DNA from: an uncultured Actinomycetes bacterium | GTDB lineage: Bacteria; Actinomycetota; Acidimicrobiia; IMCC26256; BP-133 | Reading direction: 5' to 3' | Assembly: GCA_963789165.1 (NCBI GenBank) | Contig: CAWBJP010000001.1 | Span: 272,096-296,095, forward strand | DNA: 24,000 bases | Shown: in pieces, positions 1-11,142 of the stretch | Layout of the letters: each line of letters opens with the position of its first letter | How positions within the stretch are numbered: position 1 is the stretch's first letter | The notes under the pieces: model-generated | Told to the model about the DNA's origin: nothing | The model's input: the letters and a program-made list of their open reading frames with translations, nothing else | Databases searched by the model: none | Translations under genes and position numbers: made by a program

Positions 1-460
1 TTTGTACCAGTTGGCCGAGGCCGCTGGTACCGGGAACCTCGACTTCGTCGTGGTCTGCGCCCGGGCGCCCCATGGCATGGTCTGTCTCAACTCGGCGCTC
101 GCCTACTGGGATCTGAGCGACGAGATCCCGCCCGCAGTGCACCTGGCCGTACCGGACGGATCGCACCGGCCCGCCATCGACCACCCACCGGCGAGGATCC
201 ACGTCTTCCGGGCCTCGACCTTCAACCTCGGGCGACTGGAGGTGACGCTCGAGCGAGGCGAGCAGTTCTGGATCACCGATCGCGAGCGAACCGTCGTCGA
301 CGCCTTCAGGCTGCGCCATCTCATCGGGGAGGATCTCGCCCACGACGCGCTCCGCCGCTACCTCCGCTCCCGACCGAAACCCGCCCGGGTTGCGGAACTG
401 GCCAGGGCCTTGCGGGTCTGGCACCCCGTGGCCGACGCCATCCGGATCCTCTCCGGATGA
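1..460 (+). CDS. abiEi: AbiEi-family antitoxin of a type IV toxin-antitoxin system, 5'-truncated by the window edge
   Basis: The ORF is open to the window start, and the ORF-track TTG at position 2 is probably not the real start. The sequence (...VCLNSALAYWDLSDEIPPAVHLAVP...WITDRERTVVDAFR...) matches my recollection of the AbiEi C-terminal domain. Its stop TGA (458-460) overlaps the ATG (457-459) of the downstream AbiEii-like gene as ATGA, a typical TA coupling. Confidence 0.75.
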   Translation, partial: LYQLAEAAGTGNLDFVVVCARAPHGMVCLNSALAYWDLSDEIPPAVHLAVPDGSHRPAIDHPPARIHVFRASTFNLGRLEVTLERGEQFWITDRERTVVDAFRLRHLIGEDLAHDALRRYLRSRPKPARVAELARALRVWHPVADAIRILSG

Positions 461-1345
461 ACAGGCCGAGCCGGGACACGACCGCCAGACGCGTCTACCT
501 CGACCTCCAGGCCGAGGCTCGGCGCCGCGGCCGGCCAACGGACGAGCTCTTCGTGTTGTACACCCTCGAACGCTTCCTCTTCCGGCTCTCGCTCTCGCCG
601 CTTCGCAGGCAGTTCGTGCTCAAAGGCGGCATGCTCCTCGCCGCTCTCGACGAACGCCGCGCCACGTGACGTCGACCTGCTCGCCCGGGACACCGAGAAC
701 GACATCGACACGACCGCGTCGCTGGTCCGAGAGCTCGCCATCGACGTGGACGACGGCGTCGTCTACGAACCCGCCCGAATGGCGGCCAACGTGATCCGAG
801 ACGAAGATCCCTATACCGGGGTCCGAATCGTGGTGCCGGCGCGCGTCAATCGCGCTGAGCACCCGTTGCGGATCGACGTCAACGTCGGTGATCCCGTGAC
901 ACCGCCCGTCGAAATCGCCTACCCCGCTCTCCTCGGCGAACCGTTCACGATCCTGGTGTACCCGCTCGAAACGGTGCTCGCCGAGAAGATCGTGACGATG
1001 ATCGACCGTGGGGACACCACCACCCGCGAGCGCGACTTCGCCGACGTGGTCGTGCTCATCAAGCGACACGAGATCGACGCGGCGCGTCTCCACCGTGCCA
1101 TCCAAGCAACCGGCGCTCATCGCCACTCCGATCTTCGGCCCCTCGCCGATGTGCTCGTTGTCCTTGCCGCGACCCGCCAAGACGCGTGGGAGCGGTTCGT
1201 CGCACGCAGCGGGCTCGGCGGCGAGGTACCAGCGACCTACGGCGAGGCGATCGCCGCAGTGATCGCCTTCGCCGATCCGCTTCTGAGTGGATCGATCACC
1301 CTCGGGCGTTGGCACCCCTCGGCCGGCGAGTGGAGGGTCAGTTGA
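457..1345 (+). pseudogene. abiEii: AbiEii/AbiGii-family nucleotidyltransferase toxin (DUF1814-like), split by a 1-nt frameshift near 664-668 as assembled
   Basis: The N-terminal piece (457-669, frame 1) ends ...KGGMLLAALDERRAT*. Shifting one frame at that point reads RDVDLLARDTENDIDTTASLVRELAIDVDDGVVYEP..., which runs straight into ORF 746-1345 (frame 2). The join restores the family-typical R-x-T-R-D-[IV]-D-L motif and a protein of about 295 aa. Confidence 0.8.
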
Positions 1346-1421
1346 CCCTCGACGCAGAAACCCCGTCGCAAATCCACCCACGGCACACGCATAGGTGCGG
1401 TGAAGGCGGAAGAAGCGCACC

Positions 1422-1435
1422 AACCAACGGAGAAA
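1422..1435. repeat. Left copy of the 14-bp direct repeat AACCAACGGAGAAA; candidate target-site duplication of the IS481-like element
   Basis: An exact 14-mer is present at 1422-1435 and 3192-3205, immediately outside the putative IS termini, each of which begins TGT. Confidence 0.55.
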
Positions 1436-3191
1436 TGTCAAGTCCCGGTACCCGGGCGACAGTTGAGTTCCGGTACCTGCACGACAGGTAGTTTCGGGAG
1501 CTAGGCGACAGTGCGCGGTTTACGGGGCCGGCCTTTCGGGGTGGCGAAGGCGCCGTGTTCCTTGGACCGGTCGTGACGGATGGGATGGACCCGCACGACC
1601 TTGCCGTCGACGGCCGAGCTAGACCGAGCCGGCCACGATGGCGACCTCGACGGGAGCGGCCCCGGTAGGCCCGTTCCCGCCCGGTACGGCGTCCCGGCGA
1701 AGCTCATGTTCCCGCTGCCGTCGGCCTGGCGGATGACCGGCGATCCGACCGTGGCGACCCGCCGGCGACGAACCGCCGGGCCCTGGGGTGACCGCTGTGG
1801 TGCCGGGGTGCCGGGTGGGCGGCGCTGGGCGTGGGAGGCAACCAGCACGCCCCGGTGGGTGATCTCGACGAGGCCGTTGCGGCAGATGGCCTCGACCAGC
1901 TCGCCGGCGAAGAAGCGGCCCACGTGGTAGCGGAACCCGCCCAGGCCGATCCGGCCGGCCTGGTCGACCCAGCGGGTCACACCCCGCAACCCGGCCACGG
2001 CCACCACCGCATCACCAGCACAGCGAACGCGCTGATCCTCGCCGGCTCGACCACGACCAGGTCGGGGCGGGCGAGCGCGAACCGCTCGATGGGCGGGACC
2101 ATGCCGATGCCCTGATGAGGCCGCTTGAGTGTTGTAGTGCTCGACCCACTCGTCGACCGCCGCCTGGGCTTCCTCGATCGTGGCGAACACCCGGCCGGTC
2201 GAGGCACTCGGCCTTGAGCGTCTTGTGGAACCGCTCGACCTTCCCCGTCGTGGTCGGTGACCGGGGCGCGGTCAGCAGATGGCGGATCCCGTTCTCCCGA
2301 CAGATCCGGTCGAAGAGCACCTCCCCGTTCCCCGGCCCGTACTTCCCGGTGAACACCTTCCCGTTGTCAGTCAACACCCCCTCGGGGACCCCGTGGCGGC
2401 GCATGGCCTCGGCGAAGGCGTCGCACACCGGCCGGGCCGTGGCCCGCCGCACCACCTTGGCGCACACACAGAACCGCGAGTTGTCATCCAGGCCGGTCAC
2501 CACCGACGCCTGCGACCCGTCCACCAGGTGCACCCCGCCGGTGATGTCCATCTGCCACAACTCCATCGGCCGGGACCGCTCCCACCGCTTGTAATCCGAC
2601 CGGCGCCGCCTCCTGCGCCTGCGGGTCGATCAGCCCGTGGCGGACCAGACGCCCGATAGATCGACGACCGCCCCGGCAGCCGGTCGACCCCTTCCCGGCC
2701 CAGCTCATAGAGGATCGTCTGCGGCCCCCACGACCCGGATGCTCCCGCCGCAACGAGACCACCCGCGCCTCCACCGCCGGCGCGCATCTGATGCGGACAC
2801 GTCGCCGGCTTCGAGCGAACGGTCCGCCAGGCCCCATGATCCCGTCCCGGGCATAGTCCCGCAGCCAGCCGTGCACCGTCTGGCGCACCACCCCGAACCG
2901 GCGCGCCACCTCCACCACCGACAACCCACCCTCGAGCACCTCAAGCACGGCCCGATGACGCTGATCCACCAGTCCCAACTCCACGAGCACGGCCATGCCT
3001 CCTCGGTCTCCGGGCGCGACAACCCAGAGCCAAAGGAGCGCCAACAACAGCCGAATCAACAACCCCCGGAAGTGGTCAGGCCGACCGTCGCCTAGCAACC
3101 GGACGACTGTCGCCCAGGTACCGGAACCGCGTCCACGAAGTGTCGCCCACCTACCGGAACCACGATGTCCAGCATGAACCGGGCTCGCACA
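1436..3191 (-). mobile_element. IS481-family insertion sequence (about 1.76 kb) with a decayed transposase
   Basis: The termini begin TGTCAAGTCCCGGT (left) and TGTGCGAGCCCGGT (reverse complement of the right end). Subterminal motifs CCGGTAC[CT][CT]GGGCGACAGT are repeated in inverted orientation at both ends (about 1446-1464 and 3116-3135, plus a second degenerate copy at each end). The element encloses a DDE/rve transposase and is flanked by a 14-bp direct repeat. Confidence 0.75.
1501..2996 (-). pseudogene. IS481-family transposase (HTH + rve/DDE integrase core) with multiple frame disruptions
   Basis: Recognisable segments are scattered over all three minus-strand frames. They include MAVLVELGLVDQRHRAVLEVLEGGLSVVEVARRFGVVRQTVHGWL (ATG at 2996), PAVEARVVSLRREHPG, WGPQTILYELGREGV, RPMELWQMDITGG...LTDNGKVFTG...TTGKVERFHKTLK, EWVEHYNTQ/RPHQGIGMVPPIERF, and TRWVDQAGRIGLGGFRYHVG...HPIRHDRSKEHGAF up to the stop at 1501. 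At least six frame switches are needed to join them. Confidence 0.8.
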
Positions 3192-3205
3192 AACCAACGG
3201 AGAAA
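3192..3205. repeat. Right copy of the 14-bp direct repeat AACCAACGGAGAAA (candidate TSD)
   Basis: Identical to 1422-1435 and abuts the right IS terminus. It lies 84 nt from the 3' end of tRNA-Glu. Confidence 0.55.
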
Positions 3206-3288
3206 CTTCTATGGATGTGTGATGGATGGCAAGCCGAAGGGCCACCTCCGAACCCATCGGAAATGGCCCCCCACCTGCACTTTTCTCG

Positions 3289-3361
3289 TAGCCCGTACGG
3301 GATTCGAACCCGTGTCTCCACCTTGAGAGGGTGGTGTCCTAGGCCCCTAGACGAACGGGCC
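3289..3361 (-). tRNA. tRNA-Glu (anticodon CUC)
   Basis: The reverse complement folds by hand as GGCCCGT TC GTCT AGGGGCCTA GGAC A CCACC CTCTCAA GGTGG AGAC ACGGG TTCGAAT CCCGT ACGGGCT A. This gives a 7-bp acceptor stem (G1:U72 wobble), D and T arms, a TTCGAAT T-loop and anticodon loop CT-CTC-AA. CCA is not encoded. Confidence 0.9.
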
Positions 3362-3470
3362 AAGCGGCGTCCGGTGCCCCGGACCGCCACGATGATAGGG
3401 CATCGTTCTCGACACCCGACCATCTTCGGCGCCGCCGGCCTGACCCTGCTCAGGGGGACGAACCGACCGG

Positions 3471-3689
3471 TCAGCCGGCCAGAAGGAGGGGGGCGACGAA
3501 GGCGGTCCGGTTGAATCCGACCTCGGCCTCCCAGACCAGTTCGTCGATCTCCTCGTCGGCCAGCGTCTGGCTCAGCAGCCCGTGCACCCGGACCGCCGCC
3601 CGAGCCCAGTTCGTCGGGGCCAGGAGGGCGTCTTCCCACTCCAGGGTCGTCGACATGGTCGTCGGCGGGTTCTCCATCGTGAGGGTCAT
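3471..3689 (-). CDS. Hypothetical small protein (72 aa)
   Basis: ATG at 3689 is preceded by AGGAGG with a 5-nt spacer (cccAGGAGGccgacATG). Third codon positions are almost all G/C, consistent with the coding bias of the window. I recognise no family. Confidence 0.55.
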   Translation of the reverse strand: MTLTMENPPTTMSTTLEWEDALLAPTNWARAAVRVHGLLSQTLADEEIDELVWEAEVGFNRTAFVAPLLLAG

Positions 3690-3773
3690 GTCGGCCTCCT
3701 GGGCTGCGTACGGATGGGCGTGTCGATCATCCCGGTGCGGGCCGGGGTCGTCCTTCGCTCGGGCGACCGAGGC

Positions 3774-3793
3774 TGTGTGCCGGCGGCGACACA
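3774..3793. promoter_or_regulatory. 20-bp palindromic motif TGTGTG-CCGGCGGC-GACACA; candidate operator in a divergent promoter region
   Basis: It lies midway between divergent starts, 85 nt from 3689 (minus) and 87 nt from 3880 (plus). It shares 16 of 20 positions, including both A/T-containing arms, with the site at 11401-11420. I found no other TGTGT-N10-ACACA when scanning the window by eye. Confidence 0.4.
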
Positions 3794-3879
3794 GGAGGCG
3801 TCGCCCTCAACGACCTGGGGTCGGGTCAGGACGACGATGGACTCGACCGCAGCACACCACCGTCGCCGAGGAGGCCGGA

Positions 3880-4035
3880 ATGACCGTCACCCTGGAGTTT
3901 CCGCCCAGCACCACCGTCACCGACGACCGGCCGGAGTCCGAAGTCGCCGAAGAGCAGGCTGTCCCGTCGAAGCCGTTCGAGGAGTTCGCGGCTCTCCTGG
4001 CCCAGTCCTACATGTGGACGCCCCTCTTCGCCTGA
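3880..4035 (+). CDS. Small ORF (51 aa) with an acidic N-terminal half and an aromatic C-terminus ...AQSYMWTPLFA
   Basis: ATG at 3880 is preceded by GAGGAGG (gccGAGGAGGccggaATG). About 90% of third positions are G/C. The stop lies 35 nt upstream of the peroxidase ATG at 4071, so the two are likely co-transcribed. Confidence 0.55.
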   Translation: MTVTLEFPPSTTVTDDRPESEVAEEQAVPSKPFEEFAALLAQSYMWTPLFA

Positions 4036-4070
4036 GCCACGGAGAGATCGTCGAGAGGACGAGTAAGCCC

Positions 4071-5124
4071 ATGGGGCGACGGTCGAGAGCACCGGACGAA
4101 CACGGAAATGTCTTCTCCAGGTGGCTCATCGGTGTCCCCCTGGCGCTGGCCGCGCTGGCCGCCCTGGCGTTCGGCTGCACCCGACACGTCTCGGGCGCCG
4201 AGCCGCTCACCGCCGGGCGGATCCTCGGCCCCGTCCCGGTCCCGGCGGGGAACCCGCAGACCCCGGACAAGATCGCACTGGGCAAGCTCCTGTTCTTCGA
4301 CAAGCGGCTGTCCGCCGACAACGCCACGGCCTGCGCCAACTGTCACGACCCGGCCAAGGGCTGGAGCGACGGTCTGCCCCGCAGCGTCAGCCCCGCCGGC
4401 GAGATGGAACGCAACAGCATCAGCCTGTTCAACATCGCCTACGAGGACTTTCCGGCCTGGGACGGATTCGCCGCCAGCCTGGAAGAACACAATGGCGCCG
4501 CGCTCACCTTCGACTTCGGGGCCGGTGCGCAGGACGTTCCCGAACTGATCCGGAGCTGACGGACGACCCCGGATACCGGGAGCGCTTCGGGAAGGCCTTC
4601 GCTGGTGAGATCAGCTTCACCAGCGTCATCCGAGCCCTGGCCGCCTTCGAGCGCAGCGTGCTCACCTTCGGCTCCGACTTCGACCAATTCGCGATGGCGA
4701 CCGGTCCCGGCTGACGGCCGAGCAGCAGGACGGTCTGGCCCTGTTCATGGGGAGGGCGGCCTGTTCGTCATGCCACATCCCGCCGCTGTTCACCGACAAC
4801 CGCTTCCACGCCCTCGGCGTCCCCCAGGCCGGGCCCCTGGCCGAGGACCCGGGGCGGTTCGCCGTCACCGGCGACGAGGGGGACCGGGGCGCTTTCCGCA
4901 CCCCGACGCTGCGCAACCTGACCCTGACCGCGCCCTACATGCACGACGGCGTCTTCACCACCCTCGACGAGGTGGTCGCCTTCTACGACGCCGGTGGCGG
5001 TGCGGTGCCGGGCCGGAGTGGCCCCGAGATCGGGCCCCTCCACCTCAGCGCCGGAGAGCGCAAGGCACTGGTGGCGTACCTGGAGTCACTCACCGACACG
5101 AGATCTCAGACCGTCGGACCCTGA
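4071..5124 (+). pseudogene. Di-haem cytochrome c peroxidase / MauG-family protein, two frameshifts as assembled (about 4545-4556 and 4696-4698)
   Basis: There are two CxxCH haem motifs (CANCH and CSSCH) plus family-typical strings: LGKLLFFDKRLSADN, DPGYRERFGKAF, FRTPTLRNLTLTAPYMHDG, LDEVVAFYD. The three pieces lie in frames 3, 2 and 1. Restoring one G in ATGGCG (about 4696) gives ...FAMGDRSRLTAEQQDGLALFMG.... The N-terminus carries a hydrophobic signal/anchor (WLIGVPLALAALAALAFGC). Confidence 0.8.
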
Positions 5125-5148
5125 CGTCATCCCCGGCATCGCCGGCGG

Positions 5149-5843
5149 CTACCGGGCGAAGACGACCAGGAACTCGAGCTCGCCGTGGTCCTCGGTGGTC
5201 ACCGGGCCGAAGCTTGGGCTGGGGATGCCCCACTCAGCAAAGACGATGGGGATGGAACCCTGCACGTTGATGTTGGCGCCATCGCGACTGTGCCGTCAGG
5301 TCGACGGTGACGGTCTTCTTTGTGCCGTGCAGGGTCAGCTCGCCGGTGGCCGGCACGGTGATCTGCTTCCCGTCGGCCGGAAGCTCACCGAGGTCGATGG
5401 GCGTGGTCAGGGTGAACGTCGAGGTGGGGTAGGTGGCCACGTTCATGATCCGGCCCCGGAACTGGTTGTCACGGCGGTTCTCGTCGCTCTCCACCGTGGT
5501 CATGTCCACCGTCACGGTGGCCGTCGTGACCTTGGTCCCCTCGATGACCAGCTCGCCGGTCACGTCCTCGGTGCGGCCCGCCGCCTCGGCGTTCCGGCCG
5601 AGGAGCACCTCGTTCACCCGGTACCCGGCCTGGCTGCCGGTGGTCGCCGTCCAGGTGCCCTCCACGCCGGCCGCAGTCGAGGACCCCCCGTCGGTCGACG
5701 ATCGGGGCCGGGTCCCCGGAGCCTTTGAGGGTCAGAGGGGCGGGGGCGTCCTCCTTGATCAGGTCGACGTAGACCCAGGTCCCGCCGAAAGCGAGGACGG
5801 CAGCGAGGGGTACGGCGACGAGGAGCCACTTGAAACGGTGCAT
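5149..5843 (-). pseudogene. YceI-family periplasmic/secreted protein, two frameshifts as assembled (about 5279-5290 and the C6 run at 5684-5689)
   Basis: The N-terminal signal is MHRFKWLLVAVPLAAVLAFGG and the core reads GTWTATTGSQAGYRVNEVLLG...TVESDENRRDNQFRGRIMNVATYPTSTF. The C-terminus is recovered in a third frame: GANINVQGSIPIVFAEWGIPSPSFGPVTTEDHGELEFLVVFAR*. RBS GGAAAGG lies 7 nt upstream of the ATG. Confidence 0.8.
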
Positions 5844-5944
5844 GGGAGAACCTTTCCAGAACGCGGTGTGTTATCGGGGAAAGTCTCGGCGCCGCGCTTC
5901 CGACCAGCCTGGGGACTTCATGTGAAATCCCTGGGAACGACGGA

Positions 5945-5974
5945 GGCCGGCCCGAGGGCGCGCTCGGGCCGGCC
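5945..5974 (-). terminator. GC-rich hairpin 20 nt downstream of the 5995-6585 gene; candidate intrinsic terminator
   Basis: A perfect 12-bp stem GGCCGGCCCGAG / CTCGGGCCGGCC with loop GGCGCG. There is no clear U-tract, as is common in high-GC actinobacteria. Confidence 0.55.
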
Positions 5975-5994
5975 CCCCGGGACGGGCACGGCCG

Positions 5995-6585
5995 CTAGGA
6001 GCCGGGCTTCCGTTCGCTGAAGCGTTCGACATGGGCGAGCTTCATGGCCGCGGCGTCGAAGATCTGGACGGCCCGGGCCTCGCTTCCCTTGACCTCGGCG
6101 CTGAGCCGCACGGAGTCGCCCTGCTTCAGGTTGTCGATGCCGTCGCGCCCGGCGGTGACCACGGTGGCTTCGTCCACCGAGTAGGTGCGCTTGTAACCGT
6201 CCTCGCTCTCCAGCGTGATCGACGTGGGGCTGACCGAGACGACCTTCCCCAGTTGCGTGGCGGTCGTCTGGTACTTGCCCTCGGGGTTCTCGAAGGTGAC
6301 CTCGGAATGGATGCCCCCGGGGTCGAAGCCGCCGAACCCGAAGCCGAAGCCACCGGGCCTGCGCACCCGGAACACGGCGTCCGCACCGGGGCCGGGGAAC
6401 GGCATCCCGGGAGGGCCGGCGAAGAAGGGCGGCGGCACCGGGACGGCCTCCTCGGCGGGAACGGCCTTCTGCTCCTCGGCGCCGGCGATGCCGAGACCCC
6501 CGGCGACGAGACCCACGGCGAGTGCGGCGAGCGCGATCCCGGGGCGGAACCACCGGGACCCGGGCGGTGAATGGTGGGTATCCAT
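5995..6585 (-). CDS. Hypothetical membrane-anchored/secreted protein (196 aa)
   Basis: ATG at 6585 has RBS GGAAAGGA upstream. The N-terminal hydrophobic segment is WFRPGIALAALAVGLVAGGLGIAG, followed by a Pro/Gly-rich linker (PPFFAGPPGMPFPGPG...GGFGFGFGGFDPGG) and a beta-rich C-terminal domain. The longer 277-aa ORF-track version adds an R/P-rich N-terminus that looks non-coding. Confidence 0.7.
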   Translation of the reverse strand: MDTHHSPPGSRWFRPGIALAALAVGLVAGGLGIAGAEEQKAVPAEEAVPVPPPFFAGPPGMPFPGPGADAVFRVRRPGGFGFGFGGFDPGGIHSEVTFENPEGKYQTTATQLGKVVSVSPTSITLESEDGYKRTYSVDEATVVTAGRDGIDNLKQGDSVRLSAEVKGSEARAVQIFDAAAMKLAHVERFSERKPGS

Positions 6586-6593
6586 GGTGTCCT

Positions 6594-6620
6594 TTCCGGG
6601 CCCGTGCTTCGGGCCCGGAA
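6594..6620 (-). promoter_or_regulatory. Perfect 11-bp-stem hairpin overlapping the Shine-Dalgarno region of the 5995-6585 gene
   Basis: The hairpin is TTCCGGGCCCG-TGCTT-CGGGCCCGGAA. On the minus-strand transcript its 3' arm ends in ...CCCGGAA, continuing AGGACACC-ATG, so part of the GGAAAGGA SD is inside the stem. It could equally be the terminator of bldC, whose stop is about 100 nt upstream. Confidence 0.4.
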
Positions 6621-6719
6621 CGAACATCTCGCACCCAGCTGATAACAGGCTGTGGACAACCTGAGAAGCCGCGAACCGGACACGCGGGGTTCGGGGTGTC
6701 CCCGGAAGTGGGGCGCGCT

Positions 6720-6992
6720 TCAGGCGCCGAGCCGTTGCTCCTCGAGGTAGCGGAGGATCTCGGCGGCGTTGAAACGCCGGTGCCCGCCCAGGGTGCGGAT
6801 GGCGGAGATCTTCCCGGCCTTGGCCCACCGGGTGACCGTCTTGGGGTTGACCCGGAACAGTTCGGCCACTTCGGTAGGGGTGAGGAGGTCGTTGGGGTCG
6901 GTGCGGGGCTGCTGCACGGCGGTCCTTTCCTGGTCTGCCTCACTCGGGGGGACAGAGGGGACAGCCCGGGCGGTGACGGGCATTTCTCTCAT
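6720..6992 (-). CDS. bldC: BldC-like small MerR/excisionase-type DNA-binding regulator
   Basis: LLTPTEVAELFRVNPKTVTRWAKAGKISAIRTLGGHRRFNAAEI is nearly identical to the Streptomyces BldC core as I recall it (...FRVDPKTVTRWAKAGKL..IRTLGGHRRY...). The start is uncertain: TTG at 7001, or ATG at 6992 or 6983. Confidence 0.8.
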   Translation of the reverse strand: MREMPVTARAVPSVPPSEADQERTAVQQPRTDPNDLLTPTEVAELFRVNPKTVTRWAKAGKISAIRTLGGHRRFNAAEILRYLEEQRLGA

Positions 6993-7049
6993 AACGGACA
7001 ACGCACGAGTGACCCGGCTATGACGCCTGGCCGGCGGACAGTCGGGACC

Positions 7050-10149
<3,100 letters not shown>

Positions 10150-10163
<14 letters not shown>

Positions 10164-11124
10164 GCCACCGCACCCGCCGCTCCACCTCGCGCCGCACCGC
10201 CCGGTCGGCCACCGCGGCCGCCGCCCGCCGGCGCACCTCCCCGTCGTCCTCGGCCGGCACCTCCCGGGACAGCACCCGGGTCACCCGCCAGCCCTCGGCC
10301 ATCCGGGCCGGTCCGAGCGCGTCGCCGGCCCGCGCCCCGATGAGGGCCGGGCGCAACTCGGGTTCGAAGTCACACAGATGGGCCCGCCGCCGCCCCGGGG
10401 CAGCCCGGGCCGGGGTGTCCCCGGAGAAGAGTACGGCGGAGAAGTCCCCGTCCTCCCGCAGGCACAGCAACGCCTCGCGGGCGGTCGCCTCCTCGGGAAA
10501 CGACACCCACTCCAGGTCGAGGTCGATCCAGTCGAGGCGGCGGGCCACCACCTCCTCGGCGATGACCCGATCCGTGGCCGCCGCTCGCCGAAAGGCGACG
10601 TAGGCGGCTTCGAGCACCTCCCAACGGTCGCCGGCCCCCGGCGGGCGGGTGGGGACATGACCGGGCTCCGCACCGGCGGCTTCGGTCCGGGCGGCGGCGG
10701 CCGCGGCCCGATCAGCCACGGCCGCGGCGAAGGTCGAGTAGAGGCCGGAGCAGATGCCGGTGGCCCACAGCCGCGACGCCTCCTCCGCGTCCGCCGTCGG
10801 CCCCGCCCGCAGTTCGGGGTGGCGCTCCCGGGCCACGGTCCGACGGATGTGGTCCATCCAGGCGGAGACGGAGAGACGGCGCCCGGCCAGCCAGCGCTCT
10901 GTGTCCTCGGCTGAGATCAGGCGGTGCCGCCGGCGGAAGGCAGCCGCCGCCGCCCGCACCTCCTCGTCGCGCTGTCCCTCCGGCGCGGGGACGAGCGCCA
11001 GCGCCGCGACGCCCTCACGGACCTCACGAACATGGTCGCTCCACGCCTCCTGGCGGCGGCCCCAGTCGAGCACGTCCCCCCAGGTGTAGTCGGTGGAGGC
11101 GACGCGGAAGACGACGTCGTCCAA
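10150..11124 (-). CDS. Hypothetical 324-aa cytoplasmic protein with a degenerate parvulin (PpiC)-like C-terminal region; candidate peptide maturation/chaperone partner
   Basis: High-GC3 ORF with no signal peptide. The C-terminal stretch EEATAREALLCLREDGDFSAVLFSGDT...CDFEPELRPALIGARAGDALGPARMAEGWRVTRVLSRE follows the parvulin pattern (G-D-F..., then 'xG(D/E)xxGPxxxxxGWxxxxV') by eye. It is translationally coupled to the PCAT. The start is uncertain: TTG at 11124 lies 15 nt from AGGAG, and a GTG 17 codons downstream is an alternative. Confidence 0.65.
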
Positions 11125-11142
11125 GCGCCGGGTGACCCGCTC

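Noticed and set aside
3392-3397. TATCAT as the -10 box of a tRNA-Glu promoter.
   Set aside because: It has reasonable distance to the tRNA 5' end, but there is no convincing -35 element at 16-18 nt spacing. This is too weak to list as a feature.
5124-5149. Short hairpin CCGGC-ATC-GCCGG between the convergent peroxidase and yceI stops, as a possible terminator.
   Set aside because: It has only a 5-bp stem with a 3-nt loop and no U-tract, which is not distinguishable from background in this GC-rich sequence.
5918-6943. 341-aa minus-strand ORF spanning the hypothetical gene and bldC.
   Set aside because: It is out of frame with both better-supported genes, and its R/P/S-rich composition looks non-coding.
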